Positions 19,348 to 29,597 of a stretch of DNA of 64,000 nt are shown here, piece by piece (positions within the stretch are counted from its first letter, which is position 1; each line of letters starts with the position of its first letter). The position numbers were made by a program, and so were the translations under genes. This DNA comes from Terriglobia bacterium. Its GTDB lineage: Bacteria; Acidobacteriota; Terriglobia; 20CM-2-55-15. The notes below the pieces were generated by a model. The model did no database searches and was not told where the DNA came from. It was given only the letters and a program-made list of their open reading frames with translations. The stretch spans positions 1-64,000 of the forward strand of contig CBDCLE010000001.1 of NCBI GenBank assembly GCA_965218585.1, given 5' to 3'.

Positions 19348-19370
19348 CTTAAAAGGTATAAAGAGCGATT

Positions 19371-19403
19371 CGACCCGTTCCGGCTTTCTGCCGGAACGGG
19401 TCG
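19371..19403 (+). terminator. Strong hairpin after tRNA-Pro(CGG)
   Basis: CGACCCGTTCCGGC-TTTCT-GCCGGAACGGGTCG, 14-bp stem. Confidence 0.6.
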
Positions 19404-19413
19404 TCGGCATTTT

Positions 19414-20271
19414 GTGGACGTAATTGCGCCGATCCACTGCTACGGGTGTTTCCAGCTAAAGGTCGCTGGCCCGGACTTTTGTCTGGGTTTATTGGCATCG
19501 ACCGGAAGGAAGTACGAAGTGCTGAATGAGTTTTACAAGATCTTGATGGAGCAGGATTCAGAGAGCCTTGTCCGGGGGTTTGCAGCAACGCCGCGTATCA
19601 GCGATCCTCTCGCGGGAACAGTTGAGGGATTGGATGCAATACGCGACTACGTTGCCGATCGATCCCGTTGGCTCGAGTCCGGCGGTGCCCGTGTCGAGCT
19701 GCTGTCGGAGATCGTGACGAGTGAGCGACGAATTGCAGAGTTTGTCCTCTATCTGGACAAGCTGGACCCAAAAGTGGACTTGCCGGTGGCCGTCGTGGCT
19801 GATCTGGAGGCTGAGGGTTGGACCTGGATACGTGTCTACCACAGCACGTGGCCGTTGAACGGAAAACATCTCCTCCGGAGCCCCTTGCTGAAGCAAAGCG
19901 ACCACCTCGAGGAGCCTCGAATCATCCAGCAGTACATGGAAGCCATCGGCCCGAACCCCAGCGTGGAGGCCGTGCTCGCGCTTTTTGAGGCCAACGCGTA
20001 CGTGAGGGAACCGAGCGGCAGCCAGTACAAATATGAAGGGCCCGAGGCACGGGAGAAGTTCTATACGATGGCGTTGCAGGACGGCGGCGTCAGCCTGAAG
20101 CATTGCACGGCTACGTTCGATGGAAAATGCTTCGCCGTGGAATTCAACGCGGACGGTTGGGGGCCGGTCGATTTCCAACCTCAGGCAGGAATGGCGATTT
20201 ACGAACTGGGGCCGACACAGAAAATTCTTGCTGTTCGAATATACGATGACGTCACCCCGCCCAGCGAGTGA
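19414..20271 (+). CDS. Tandem SnoaL/NTF2-like domain protein (start uncertain)
   Basis: Two repeats with pattern F...I.DP..G..G.DAI / RIY(H/D); function unknown. Confidence 0.65.
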   Translation: MDVIAPIHCYGCFQLKVAGPDFCLGLLASTGRKYEVLNEFYKILMEQDSESLVRGFAATPRISDPLAGTVEGLDAIRDYVADRSRWLESGGARVELLSEIVTSERRIAEFVLYLDKLDPKVDLPVAVVADLEAEGWTWIRVYHSTWPLNGKHLLRSPLLKQSDHLEEPRIIQQYMEAIGPNPSVEAVLALFEANAYVREPSGSQYKYEGPEAREKFYTMALQDGGVSLKHCTATFDGKCFAVEFNADGWGPVDFQPQAGMAIYELGPTQKILAVRIYDDVTPPSE

Positions 20272-20367
20272 TCCACTCCGGATGAGCGAGCACCGAGCCT
20301 GACAGCACCTGATGAAAGCTCTTCTCATCTGACATCCGAATACCTCTCTGCTATCTTTCTGACTGTC

Positions 20368-21390
20368 ATGACTTCCACGGACAATCTCCAGGCTCTGTTC
20401 GCGCGGCAGTTTGGTTCACCCGCCGAACGTGTGGACCCGGTTGATGGCGGGCTCGGTGCGTCGGCCCGGGAAATCTTCCGGATGTCTAACGACGAGACGA
20501 CTGCGATCGGCATCTCCCATGACGTTAGGGAAGAGAACATTGCGTTTCTGGAATTCTCCAGACACTTTCACGGTCGCGGTCTTCCAGTTCCCGAGATCTA
20601 TGCGGAGGATCTGGACAAGAACGTTTATCTGGAGGAAGACCTCGGAAGCACGACGTTATACGAGCTCCTTTCGAAAAATCGCACCGGAGAAAAGGTGGGT
20701 CCTGAGGCAATCGACGCCTATCGCACGGTCACCCAGATACTGCCGCGGTTTCAGGTGGAGGCGGGACACGACTTGAATTACGGAGTGTGCTATCCGCGCG
20801 AGGAATTCGATCGTCAATCCATCGCCTGGGACCTGAATTATTTCAAGTACCACTTCCTGAAGCTCGCCGGGATTCCGTTTAACGAACAGGACCTCGAAGA
20901 CGATTTCAGCCGCCTTACGGACTTTCTCCTGGAAGCTCGGCGCGACTACTTTCTCTACCGGGATTTCCAGTCCCGTAACGTTATGATTCGCGAAGGTAGT
21001 CCGTTTTTCCTGGACTACCAGGGCGGACGTCGTGGAGCGCTCCAGTACGACATCGCTTCTCTTCTTTACGATGCAAAGGCCGATCTTCCCCATGCCCTGC
21101 GCGAGGAACTACTCGAGCGCTATCTTGATGCGCTTTCCGGTTTCATTGAACTCGATCGGACCGAATTCATGCGCCACTACCATGCCTACGCTTATGTTCG
21201 GATCATGCAGGCTTTGGGTGCGTATGGTTTCCGTGGTTTTTTTGAACGAAAGCAGCTGTTTATCGAGAGCGTTCCTTACGCTCTCGGGAACATTGGCTGG
21301 CTTCTTGAAAATGTCGAACTACCCATCGAAACGCCCACGCTGATCGATACGTTCGAGACCATGATCGCCGCGGAAGAACTGATCCCATGA
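20368..21390 (+). CDS. Aminoglycoside-phosphotransferase-family anomeric sugar kinase (AmgK-like)
   Basis: S.R..FR, EDLG, YRDFQSRNVM, DYQG and YDIASLL. Confidence 0.8.
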   Translation: MTSTDNLQALFARQFGSPAERVDPVDGGLGASAREIFRMSNDETTAIGISHDVREENIAFLEFSRHFHGRGLPVPEIYAEDLDKNVYLEEDLGSTTLYELLSKNRTGEKVGPEAIDAYRTVTQILPRFQVEAGHDLNYGVCYPREEFDRQSIAWDLNYFKYHFLKLAGIPFNEQDLEDDFSRLTDFLLEARRDYFLYRDFQSRNVMIREGSPFFLDYQGGRRGALQYDIASLLYDAKADLPHALREELLERYLDALSGFIELDRTEFMRHYHAYAYVRIMQALGAYGFRGFFERKQLFIESVPYALGNIGWLLENVELPIETPTLIDTFETMIAAEELIP

Positions 21391-22121
21391 AGGCCATGAT
21401 TCTGGCTGCGGGCCTTGGAACACGCCTCGGACCTCTGACCCACGATCGCCCCAAGGCGATGATCGAGGTGGCGGGCCGTACGATGCTCGAGATCACCCTG
21501 GAGCGCCTACGGAACTTCGGTGTCGATGAGGTGATCGTCAACATCCATCACTTCGCCGACATGATTACTGAGTATCTCGGCGCGAATGACAACTTCGGTA
21601 TGCGTATCGAATTGTCCGAGGAAGATGTCCTGCTCGATACAGGTGGAGGTTTGAAGAACGCCGCCCGGTTTTTTCAGGAGGATTCGGCCCGCCTGGACGA
21701 ACCCTTCATCCTGCACAATGTGGACGTTCTCAGCAGCATTGACCTGGAGGTCATGGCGCGATTCCACAGGGAGAGTCATGCTTTGGCCACGTTAGCTGTC
21801 CAGGCCCAGGACACCTTGCGGTGTTTGCTGTTCGATGAACAGGATCAACTCTGCGGGTGGAGATCCGAGGCCGTTGGAGGAGAGAAACTCATCCGTTCTC
21901 TGGAGGATCCCAAGGCTCTGGCGTTTACGGGTATCCACATCATCTCTCCGCGCATCTTTCCCTTGATGAGGGAAGACGGTGTCTTCTCGATCATAGACAC
22001 ATATCTGGATCTGGCGTCCCGGGATTGTAAGATCGTGGCGTTCGACGCGGACGAATATTCCTGGACAGACGTTGGCAGTCCAGAGAGCCTAAAGCGCGCA
22101 TCGGAAGAATTGTCTGACTGA
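21387..22121 (+). CDS. Nucleotidyltransferase (MurU-like)
   Basis: MKAMILAAGLGTRL.PLT..PK, LDTGGG and W.DVG; translationally coupled to the kinase. Confidence 0.85.
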   Translation: MKAMILAAGLGTRLGPLTHDRPKAMIEVAGRTMLEITLERLRNFGVDEVIVNIHHFADMITEYLGANDNFGMRIELSEEDVLLDTGGGLKNAARFFQEDSARLDEPFILHNVDVLSSIDLEVMARFHRESHALATLAVQAQDTLRCLLFDEQDQLCGWRSEAVGGEKLIRSLEDPKALAFTGIHIISPRIFPLMREDGVFSIIDTYLDLASRDCKIVAFDADEYSWTDVGSPESLKRASEELSD

Positions 22122-22138
22122 TCGTTTCGACGATTCTC

Positions 22139-24334
22139 TCAACTGCAATAATCGCTTGTTGAACCGGCCACGCCATCGGATGGCGGCAGGGCATTCACGA
22201 TCGCGCCATCCGAGTCTGACAGGAATTCCAACCAGCAGATCCCGTACGGCGCTTGTTCGCCCGAGTGCTCGGCCAGCCAGGCTGCATTGTTGCTTATCGC
22301 GTTCATTGACCGAAGGTCGTAGACCCCCCAGTCGTAAAACACGTTTCCAGGCGTTCCGATTTCGGTAGCCAGGATTTCACCGGCTCGGACTATCTGTCCC
22401 GGCGCCAGGTTTGTCGTCCGGCTGTCTCCTTCGGACGGGTCGGGCAGAGTATTCGCAATGGCCTGGAGACGGGAGCTGAGGACACGGAAATGATCGAAGC
22501 GGTACATGATTTCGCACGGGTTCACGAAGTCGAACAGGTATTGCACCTGGCCGCCTTCCAGGTAACGGGAAGCGCGGAAGAGCTCTGCGTCGAGAGGGGC
22601 ATGAATCTGGACATCGGTCCCCTGGCCGTTGTTGTCGAATCGGAAACCACCATGCGGTTTGTAACTGGTGCCGCCACGAAGCTGACCGGGGTAGAGAACG
22701 GATGTCGCACGCGAGAGCGACATCGGCACTGGCAACACCAGAGGGTTTTCACAGTCAGGCGGCGTAGAGGAAGGGGACCATTCAGCGTTGTTCTGCCAGC
22801 TGATGTCGTCCGTATTGAAAGGCGTTAACGGCAGGTCCAGTGCAGTTCCGGAGTCGGACAGGAAGGTGAGGGTTCCGATCATGGTCTGGTCGGTGGAGCC
22901 ACCGAGCTGGATGAACTGGGTCGTGAAACCACCCCCATCCACCAGGTGTGGGTAAAAACGGTTGTCGGTAATGTCCGCGTCCGCCTCGTCGACGAGCGGA
23001 GTCGTCGTGATCAGGAACTCGCTCCGTTCGTTGGTCCGGATCCGGAGGCCGACGACCGCGATTCCGTCCGTTGCCGTTGTCGAGATCCGCAGGACACCTT
23101 CGAACGGTGTCGTCAATGACTCCAGACCCTCGATCTGGTCGAGGAACAGAGCTTTCTGTCCGTTGCCCACAATCGTGGTCGAACCGACCATGTTTGGCAC
23201 CGAGCCACCGCCCGAGGTCAACAGTTCGAAGTTGACGACGACGCTCTCGGCTGACGGGTTTGCGATAGCAATGCCCGTCTGGATCGAACCGGCATCTTCA
23301 CCTGTTGCTTCTGCGTAAAGGCGGAATGCCTGTCCGGTTGTCGCCCCCGACACGCCCGCCTCGGCCACAGTGATGGCACCGCTCCGGAACGAAATGACCG
23401 ACAGGCCCGCCGGTTTCTGGTCGTTCGCTGACGGAGTCACCCGTACCGATCCCACCTGGGTTGCCTGGCCCGCACCGCCTGTCCGGAGCTTGGTCGAACT
23501 CCGGCCCGGTATGGAATAGCTGAATGTTGAAGCTGTTTGATCGTTAACGGTCAATGTCACCGGTTGCGCCGCACCCGGTCCGCTCCCCGGTTCGACGAAC
23601 TGAACCGTGCCCGCCATCGCCAGGTCGGTCTGGTTGACTAAGATGACTTCGGTGGTCCACCCGAGACCGTTGGCAAAGTGGGGGAAGTAGACTGTTTCTC
23701 CCGCCTCCCCGGTAAGAGGGCTCACAGGCAGCGTTGTCATCAGGAATTCGTTGCGTTCGTTGGTCAGCCCTCGGAGCGCGACTGCCGCGACGGGCACATC
23801 GGAGGTGAACGTGAAGGTCCCGTTGATCGAGGTCTCGCCCGTGGCAAAAGGGGCTTCGTCGAGGAACTTCGCGATCTGGGTGCCGGCCGGAATTGTCGTT
23901 GTGCCGTCCCCGAAGCTGGTTCGGGTCTCGTCGGAGAAGTAAAACGTGAGGACGGCATCCTGACCCGAAGGGTTCGCGATCGCAAGTCCGGTCCGGATGG
24001 ATCCGTCGACCTCGGCGTAGATCCGACCCGAGGAGATGGCCGCCGATGCCGGCACACCTGTTTCGCTGACCAGGACGCCACCTGTACGGAGTCCGAAGAT
24101 CGCGACACCGACCGGCGTCGAACTCGCCGAGCCTGGCTCGATCCGCGCATAACCTACCGAGAGCGCATCCCCACTTCCCGCTGTTGTTTCCGAATCGGCA
24201 CCCCCATTGTTCACCAGGAAGGGAATCGACGTCGTCTGTGCGGCCAACTCGTCAGTCGCTATGCCTTGAAATGCGAACAGGACACATCCGGTCAGGGCGA
24301 TCCGACGTAAATAGTAGGGTAGGGTCAATCTCAT
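22139..24334 (-). CDS. Large secreted protein: two ~250-aa repeats plus C-terminal M23-like domain
   Basis: Signal peptide; repeated TG(L/I)AIANPS..FL(M/I)TT..(F/Y)PH; C-terminal HGGFRFD..APLDA..RFDH..GQIVRAGE. Confidence 0.7.
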   Translation of the reverse strand: MRLTLPYYLRRIALTGCVLFAFQGIATDELAAQTTSIPFLVNNGGADSETTAGSGDALSVGYARIEPGSASSTPVGVAIFGLRTGGVLVSETGVPASAAISSGRIYAEVDGSIRTGLAIANPSGQDAVLTFYFSDETRTSFGDGTTTIPAGTQIAKFLDEAPFATGETSINGTFTFTSDVPVAAVALRGLTNERNEFLMTTLPVSPLTGEAGETVYFPHFANGLGWTTEVILVNQTDLAMAGTVQFVEPGSGPGAAQPVTLTVNDQTASTFSYSIPGRSSTKLRTGGAGQATQVGSVRVTPSANDQKPAGLSVISFRSGAITVAEAGVSGATTGQAFRLYAEATGEDAGSIQTGIAIANPSAESVVVNFELLTSGGGSVPNMVGSTTIVGNGQKALFLDQIEGLESLTTPFEGVLRISTTATDGIAVVGLRIRTNERSEFLITTTPLVDEADADITDNRFYPHLVDGGGFTTQFIQLGGSTDQTMIGTLTFLSDSGTALDLPLTPFNTDDISWQNNAEWSPSSTPPDCENPLVLPVPMSLSRATSVLYPGQLRGGTSYKPHGGFRFDNNGQGTDVQIHAPLDAELFRASRYLEGGQVQYLFDFVNPCEIMYRFDHFRVLSSRLQAIANTLPDPSEGDSRTTNLAPGQIVRAGEILATEIGTPGNVFYDWGVYDLRSMNAISNNAAWLAEHSGEQAPYGICWLEFLSDSDGAIVNALPPSDGVAGSTSDYCS

Positions 24335-24512
24335 CCTTTCCTGAGGAGTCTAGTTTCTGGTCAGGTCCTGACCTAGTAGAGATCGCTCGTTACATTTTCG
24401 GCGAGTTTGGGATCTGGTCTATAATCAGGGCTCAGCAGTCTGGCTGGTTTTCGAACTATTATGAGTAAGTTAGCCCGGGTTAACCCGGGCTTTGTTGTCG
24501 CGGGAATCTTGC

Positions 24513-24974
24513 ATGACGCAACTGCCGAAGAAAGTCCTGCTGGTGGACAATGACGAGGCGATTCTCAGACTCATCGACATGGCCCTGGCCGACGCCGGAT
24601 ACTCTGTGTTGTCCACCTCCGATCCACGCTATGCCAACCAGCTTCTGGAGGATCCCCGAGTCGGGATCGATCTCCTTCTGACAGACGTCTTCATGCCGGA
24701 AGTCAGTGGTCCTGACCTGGCGCGTTCGGCGCTCAGGTCCAGGTCGGGCCTCAGAGTGTTGTTCATGTCCGGAGACCCCAAGGGGCGGTCCCATTTCCGA
24801 AAGGGGGACCAGCTGATCAGTAAGCCTTTCGCAGTCAAGAAACTGCTGGAGCGCGTCGGGGAAATTCTGAGAGAGAGGAACTGGGGCGTGGCCAGCGAAG
24901 AAGGCATCACGGAAGAGGAGTGGGCCGGCCTGGAGCGCCGCCGGCAAGCGCGTCAATCGCCTGAGAACGGTTGA
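24513..24974 (+). CDS. Single-domain response regulator (receiver)
   Basis: VLLVDND, LLLTDVFMPEVSG, FMSG and KPF. Confidence 0.88.
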   Translation: MTQLPKKVLLVDNDEAILRLIDMALADAGYSVLSTSDPRYANQLLEDPRVGIDLLLTDVFMPEVSGPDLARSALRSRSGLRVLFMSGDPKGRSHFRKGDQLISKPFAVKKLLERVGEILRERNWGVASEEGITEEEWAGLERRRQARQSPENG

Positions 24975-25028
24975 TCCCATTTGTCCTCGGGACTTTTGAA
25001 TCGACAAGTCTGCTCCGGGTGCATTTTC

Positions 25029-25427
25029 ATGAACTACCGATCGATCATTCTGGCCGTTTCGATCTTTTGCCTGTTGGATCCTAGTGCTCGCGCACACCAT
25101 TCCTGGCCGGCAACCTATGACCTGAACCTAACGGTCCGTGTGGAAGGTGAAGTGGCACGCTTTCTGTATCGGAACCCTCACTCCATTGTGCAGATAATGG
25201 TTCCAAACGAAACCGGCGAGTCCGAACAGTGGGACGCCGAGTGGGGCGGCACCTTTGAACTTCTGCCCCAAGGTGTAAGTCGGAACACGCTGAGACGTGG
25301 CGACGGAATTGTTCTAACAGGGCACCCTGGCCGCAACCCGAACGACCGCAAACTGAGGATACGAACTGTGGAGCGCCCATCGGATGGATTCGAGTGGGGT
25401 CTGGAGCCGGGTGAAACGTTTAACTGA
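25029..25427 (+). CDS. DUF6152-family exported protein
   Basis: Signal peptide ending AHHS..YD, NPHS and GD.IV.TG.P. Confidence 0.75.
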   Translation: MNYRSIILAVSIFCLLDPSARAHHSWPATYDLNLTVRVEGEVARFLYRNPHSIVQIMVPNETGESEQWDAEWGGTFELLPQGVSRNTLRRGDGIVLTGHPGRNPNDRKLRIRTVERPSDGFEWGLEPGETFN

Positions 25428-25466
25428 GGTTGAGTCTGGGTGATTCCTTTTGTCGGTAGTGAAATC

Positions 25467-26306
25467 ATGAAAGCGTTGATCACCATAGGGCTTTGTTTGA
25501 TGCTGACACCTCTGCTGGGGGCAGGGCAGGGAGGCGGCGACATCAACGTAGAGATGGTCCGTGCTGCGCGGGCCGGTGACGCGTCCCGCGTGGGTGATTT
25601 ACTCGACAGAGGAGCCGAAGTGGATGCAAAAGTCTTGTCCGGTAATGGCCTGGGAACGGCCATATCCGAGGCGGCCCGAGGAGGTTTCGGCGACGTCGTT
25701 CGACTCCTCGTGGATGCCGGTGGCGATGTAAACCTGATCGACAACAACGGCTGGACACCCCTCATGTCAGCCGAAAACTCCGATGTCGTACGACTCCTGG
25801 TGTCTTTGGGAGCCGAGGTGGATGCCACCGACGTCAACGGTTGGACAGCGCTCATGATTCTGGAAGACATCGACGCCGTCGAAGCCCTTCTGGAGGCCGC
25901 TGCCCGTGTCAATGTCCGGAACACCTTTGGGTGGACTGCCCTGATGTCGGCAGCCTTTGGTGGTCTGACCGACAAGGCGCGGCTGCTCCTGGCGAGGGGG
26001 GCCGACGTGGACTCCCGGGACAACCAGGGACGCACTTCATTGATGGTCGCCTACCGGGGTGACCGAAGTGCTGTGGAGGCATTGATCCTGGCCGGGGCAG
26101 ATCCCAACGCGAGGGACGAGAATGGATCCACGGCCTTGATGGCTGCGGCGCTCGGCGTCGACGACGACAAGGTTCAGTTCCTGATCGATGCGGGAGCGGA
26201 CCTGAATGTCCGGGATGAGCAGGGGAGAACGGCGCTGATGCTTGCCGAGTCACTCGGCCACACCAGGATAGCTGACATCCTCCTAGAGGCAGGGGCTCGG
26301 GAGTGA
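25467..26306 (+). CDS. Secreted ankyrin-repeat protein
   Basis: Signal peptide; about 8 repeats of G.TALM.A..LL..GADVN. Confidence 0.9.
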   Translation: MKALITIGLCLMLTPLLGAGQGGGDINVEMVRAARAGDASRVGDLLDRGAEVDAKVLSGNGLGTAISEAARGGFGDVVRLLVDAGGDVNLIDNNGWTPLMSAENSDVVRLLVSLGAEVDATDVNGWTALMILEDIDAVEALLEAAARVNVRNTFGWTALMSAAFGGLTDKARLLLARGADVDSRDNQGRTSLMVAYRGDRSAVEALILAGADPNARDENGSTALMAAALGVDDDKVQFLIDAGADLNVRDEQGRTALMLAESLGHTRIADILLEAGARE

Positions 26307-26826
26307 TTCTCGGGTTTTTTTGGTCGGTACTACTTGTCCTTTCTTAGCTTTACGATTTTGCAGCAATTGCAGCTTTTTAGAGGCCCTGAAACAGGCTTGA
26401 CAAGTGCCACCTGAGAAGCGATAAAAGGCCCGTGGGGGGCGACGACGCGGTGCCGTTGACGCCGTTTTCGGTACTGTTACCAGGTTTTCGTTTTCTACGA
26501 CAGCCATCCCTCGTCGCTCACCCACGCCAACCTTTGCATACCTTAGCGTCGGGCCCCCACCGTCCCCCTGATACCCGGAACTGTGGAGAGTGCACGAACC
26601 GTTTCTCGATTCCGCGTTTTCTGGGAACTCAACCGCCGGTCCGGTCCCCCCCACGCTGTCAGGATGATCGCAAGCCCTCTTGAGGAAGCCAGAACGTTAC
26701 GTCACAAGAACAGAAAGGGCCCGCAGTCAGGAGGCTGCGGGCGGCGAACCTCGCTCGGTCAGGATGGCCGCTTGAGCGAGGGCTGCAAGTGGAGGCGTCA
26801 CTGTGGGGAAAAGGCCGTTAACGCAC

Positions 26827-26855
26827 AAAAAAAGCCCGGCACCGCGCGCCGGGCT
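26827..26855 (-). terminator. Rho-independent terminator of the TPR gene
   Basis: AGCCCGGC/GCCGGGCT stem with a T7 tract on the minus strand. Confidence 0.75.
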
Positions 26856-26879
26856 CTTCTTCTTGCTTGAATCAGGACA

Positions 26880-28103
26880 CTACCGTCCGATCTCTTCTCC
26901 CTGGCTCTGAACAAAGGCATCCAGACCAGTCAGGTCGTCGTTGCGAGTCTCATAGATCTGTTCAAGCATCTCGCGGGCTTGTTCGGGGCCGTTCAGATAG
27001 ACCGACCGGGCCAGGGACTCCATCGCGTCTTCGGCCTCCTCGTCCCGCGCGTAGGCCATACCCAGGCGCAGATGCGCGACAGCGTCGGTGGGAACCAGTT
27101 CAAGAGAGTCCTCGAATGAGTCCTGAGCGTCTCCCCATTCCTCCTGGTTCAAGAACACGGTGCCCAGGGTGAAATAGGCACCGGACAGGAGGTTAGCTCT
27201 TTGGTCGGCTCCGATCTGTCCTCCCGCGGCATCCAGGAAGTTTTCGAGAACCTCGAGCGCCTCTTCCGCGTATTCCTCAGCCGAATCGAAATGATCCTCG
27301 TGCTCGCTTTCGTCTTCCGGCGGCCGTTCTGCCATGACTGAGGAAATGGTCAGCAGCGTCGCCAGGTTCTGCGGGTCCAATCTCAGCGACCGCTCCGCAT
27401 ACTCGATCGTCTTCTCCGCATCATTGGCGTTCTGATAGGCTGACATGACGGTCTGCAGGAAGAAGTTCCGAGCCTGAAGCTGACGCTGATCGGCTTCCTG
27501 GTATTCCGGGCTGCCCTCCTCCATGGCCTGCATCTGGTTGGTCCATGTTTCGTTTGCGGCATCAAACGCAAGGTCGCCGTACAGGGCCGTGTCATCGGCC
27601 CGTCCTAAGCCGCTGCTTGCGTTCATCATGGATTGATAAGCGAAAGTCAGGTTGTTGAAATGGTCGATCCGGAACTGCGGATAACCCTCCAGCTCTTCCG
27701 GATCCTCGATCGAGGCAACCTTGCTGTCGAAAAATGCGTTCTCTCGGTTTGCATAGGCATCGCCAGAGGCCAGGATACCCTGGTTGTTTTCCAGGGCGAC
27801 GTAGGTTTGCAGTCGAACGAGCAGGATCTGATGCGTCAGTTCGCTTTCCGGGTACTCGGTCATGAAGGCGTCCGACATGGTCAGACGGTTGAGGAGGCTT
27901 TCTTCCGCATCGATCGCTTCCGCGGCCCGGAACTCTGCCGCGGACTCCGCCCTGGGGAGGAGTACGTTCTCAGGTCCTCTCTGTCCTCGTCCCTGTCCGC
28001 CAAAGCCCCCGCGCCCGCCGCCCCCGCGGCCTCCCCGTTGTGCTTCTAGTGTCACAGGCAAGACCAACAGTGATAAAACCAGCAAGATCGAAGCCATCCT
28101 CAT
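26880..28103 (-). CDS. Secreted TPR protein with Gly/Arg-rich N-terminus
   Basis: Signal peptide, GGRGGGGRGGFGG segment and TPR helices; start uncertain. Confidence 0.75.
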   Translation of the reverse strand: MRMASILLVLSLLVLPVTLEAQRGGRGGGGRGGFGGQGRGQRGPENVLLPRAESAAEFRAAEAIDAEESLLNRLTMSDAFMTEYPESELTHQILLVRLQTYVALENNQGILASGDAYANRENAFFDSKVASIEDPEELEGYPQFRIDHFNNLTFAYQSMMNASSGLGRADDTALYGDLAFDAANETWTNQMQAMEEGSPEYQEADQRQLQARNFFLQTVMSAYQNANDAEKTIEYAERSLRLDPQNLATLLTISSVMAERPPEDESEHEDHFDSAEEYAEEALEVLENFLDAAGGQIGADQRANLLSGAYFTLGTVFLNQEEWGDAQDSFEDSLELVPTDAVAHLRLGMAYARDEEAEDAMESLARSVYLNGPEQAREMLEQIYETRNDDLTGLDAFVQSQGEEIGR

Positions 28104-28375
28104 AATCGCTCTTCCTTCAATAGGCATGTCGCTTTCGTTCCTCCAGTACGAGTTCTCCAACCCACAGATTAAGTGCCCAGAAATACGGCTGTCAAGTTTC
28201 GACTGACCAATTATTGTTCCGATAGCACCCGCTCGATATTCGCTTTCATTCCCTATACGGCTTCGCGCTGCGGACTGTCCAGGTATTCCGAGAGGTAGAG
28301 TCTCAGACTACTATTCTCGCTGACACGAAACCTCCCCGGTTTTCGTACTCGTCGCCGCCTGTTTTTATCGAAGCA

Positions 28376-29474
28376 CTAACGCCCCGACAACTGCCCTTCG
28401 AGATCCGCCCTCATGCGTTCGACGGCTTCACGTTGAGGGCTTTCCGGATACTCCTCAAGGTAACGGGTGAGTTGAGCGAGGGCCGCGTTGTAGTCACGCT
28501 CGGCCATGTCCACGTTGAAGAGCATGAGACGTACTGCGGACAGCTGTCCGTCGAGTTCCAGAGCACGGGCGAGATGATCCCGGGCTGCGGTGTTGTCGCC
28601 GGTTCTGTACAGTACGGCCCCGAAATAGTACTGCCCGAGCGCCGACCCAGCGTCCCGCGCGACGGCTTCCTCCAGATACTCATAGGACTTTTCGAGACTT
28701 TCCAGAGCTTCATCAGGTTTGCTCGCCGCGGTCTGAATGTCACTGTCCTGAAGATAGAGAACGCCCAGACTGAGGACGGGTTCGGCCGCGTTCGTGTTCA
28801 GTGCCAGTGCTATTTCAAACTGGTTCTTTGCTTCGTCGAGCCGTCCCAGCTTCTGGTACTCAACGCCCAGCGCATTCTGGGCTTCATAGAAATCGGGGGC
28901 GATTTCTATAGCCTCCTCCAGCAACTCCGCTGCACCCTCGAAGTCGCCGTTCTGGGACGCACCCGCTGCCCTCTGAATCGCTTCGATCGCTTCGTCAGGA
29001 ACGGCCCAGTCGGGTCAAGTCAACCGTACCGGGATCATCGGGCGGATCGTCTTCCTCCGGGTCTGACTGTTCCAGAATATAGACGAGCGACAGGCCCGAA
29101 ATGGTGGGAGATGCTGGACCCAGGTCCACCCGTTCCCGGAGCGGCTTGAATCCTGGTTCTTCGATCACGATATAGGGCACACCCGTTGGCTGGATGTTGT
29201 CGAAGGTGAAGTTCCCGTTGCCATCGGTAAACACCGTGTCGCGGATAGCCCCCAGGCTTTCCAACTGAACGGCGATGGGGTGATTGAGTCGGCTCGGGTT
29301 GTCTGCGAGGACCTGGCCCTGGATGGTTGTTCCGTCGGACTCGAACGAGGACAGGATGTCCTCGTCAAGATCCGGTTCTTCATCCGGAAAACGAGGATTC
29401 TGCTGGGCCGTCACGGATATCGGAGCCAATAGAATCAGGCATAGAAGTAAGGGGAATCCTGTCTTCAACGTCAT
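28376..29474 (-). pseudogene. Secreted carboxypeptidase-like + TPR protein, split by a frameshift near 29005
   Basis: Paralog of 29598-30674 (FTDG.GNF, EIAPD.YEA, EYPESPQREAVERM); an extra G in CTGGGCC breaks the frame. Confidence 0.75.
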
Positions 29475-29597
29475 TCAAGCCTCACAGTGATCGGGTTTGT
29501 AGATGCTTGTGTTTATGCACCGATATGTTAACTCATAGGATTTTTCGGTCAAGGAAGCCGGACTATTCATCCGAATCACCGTGTCTGGAGAGAAGGG

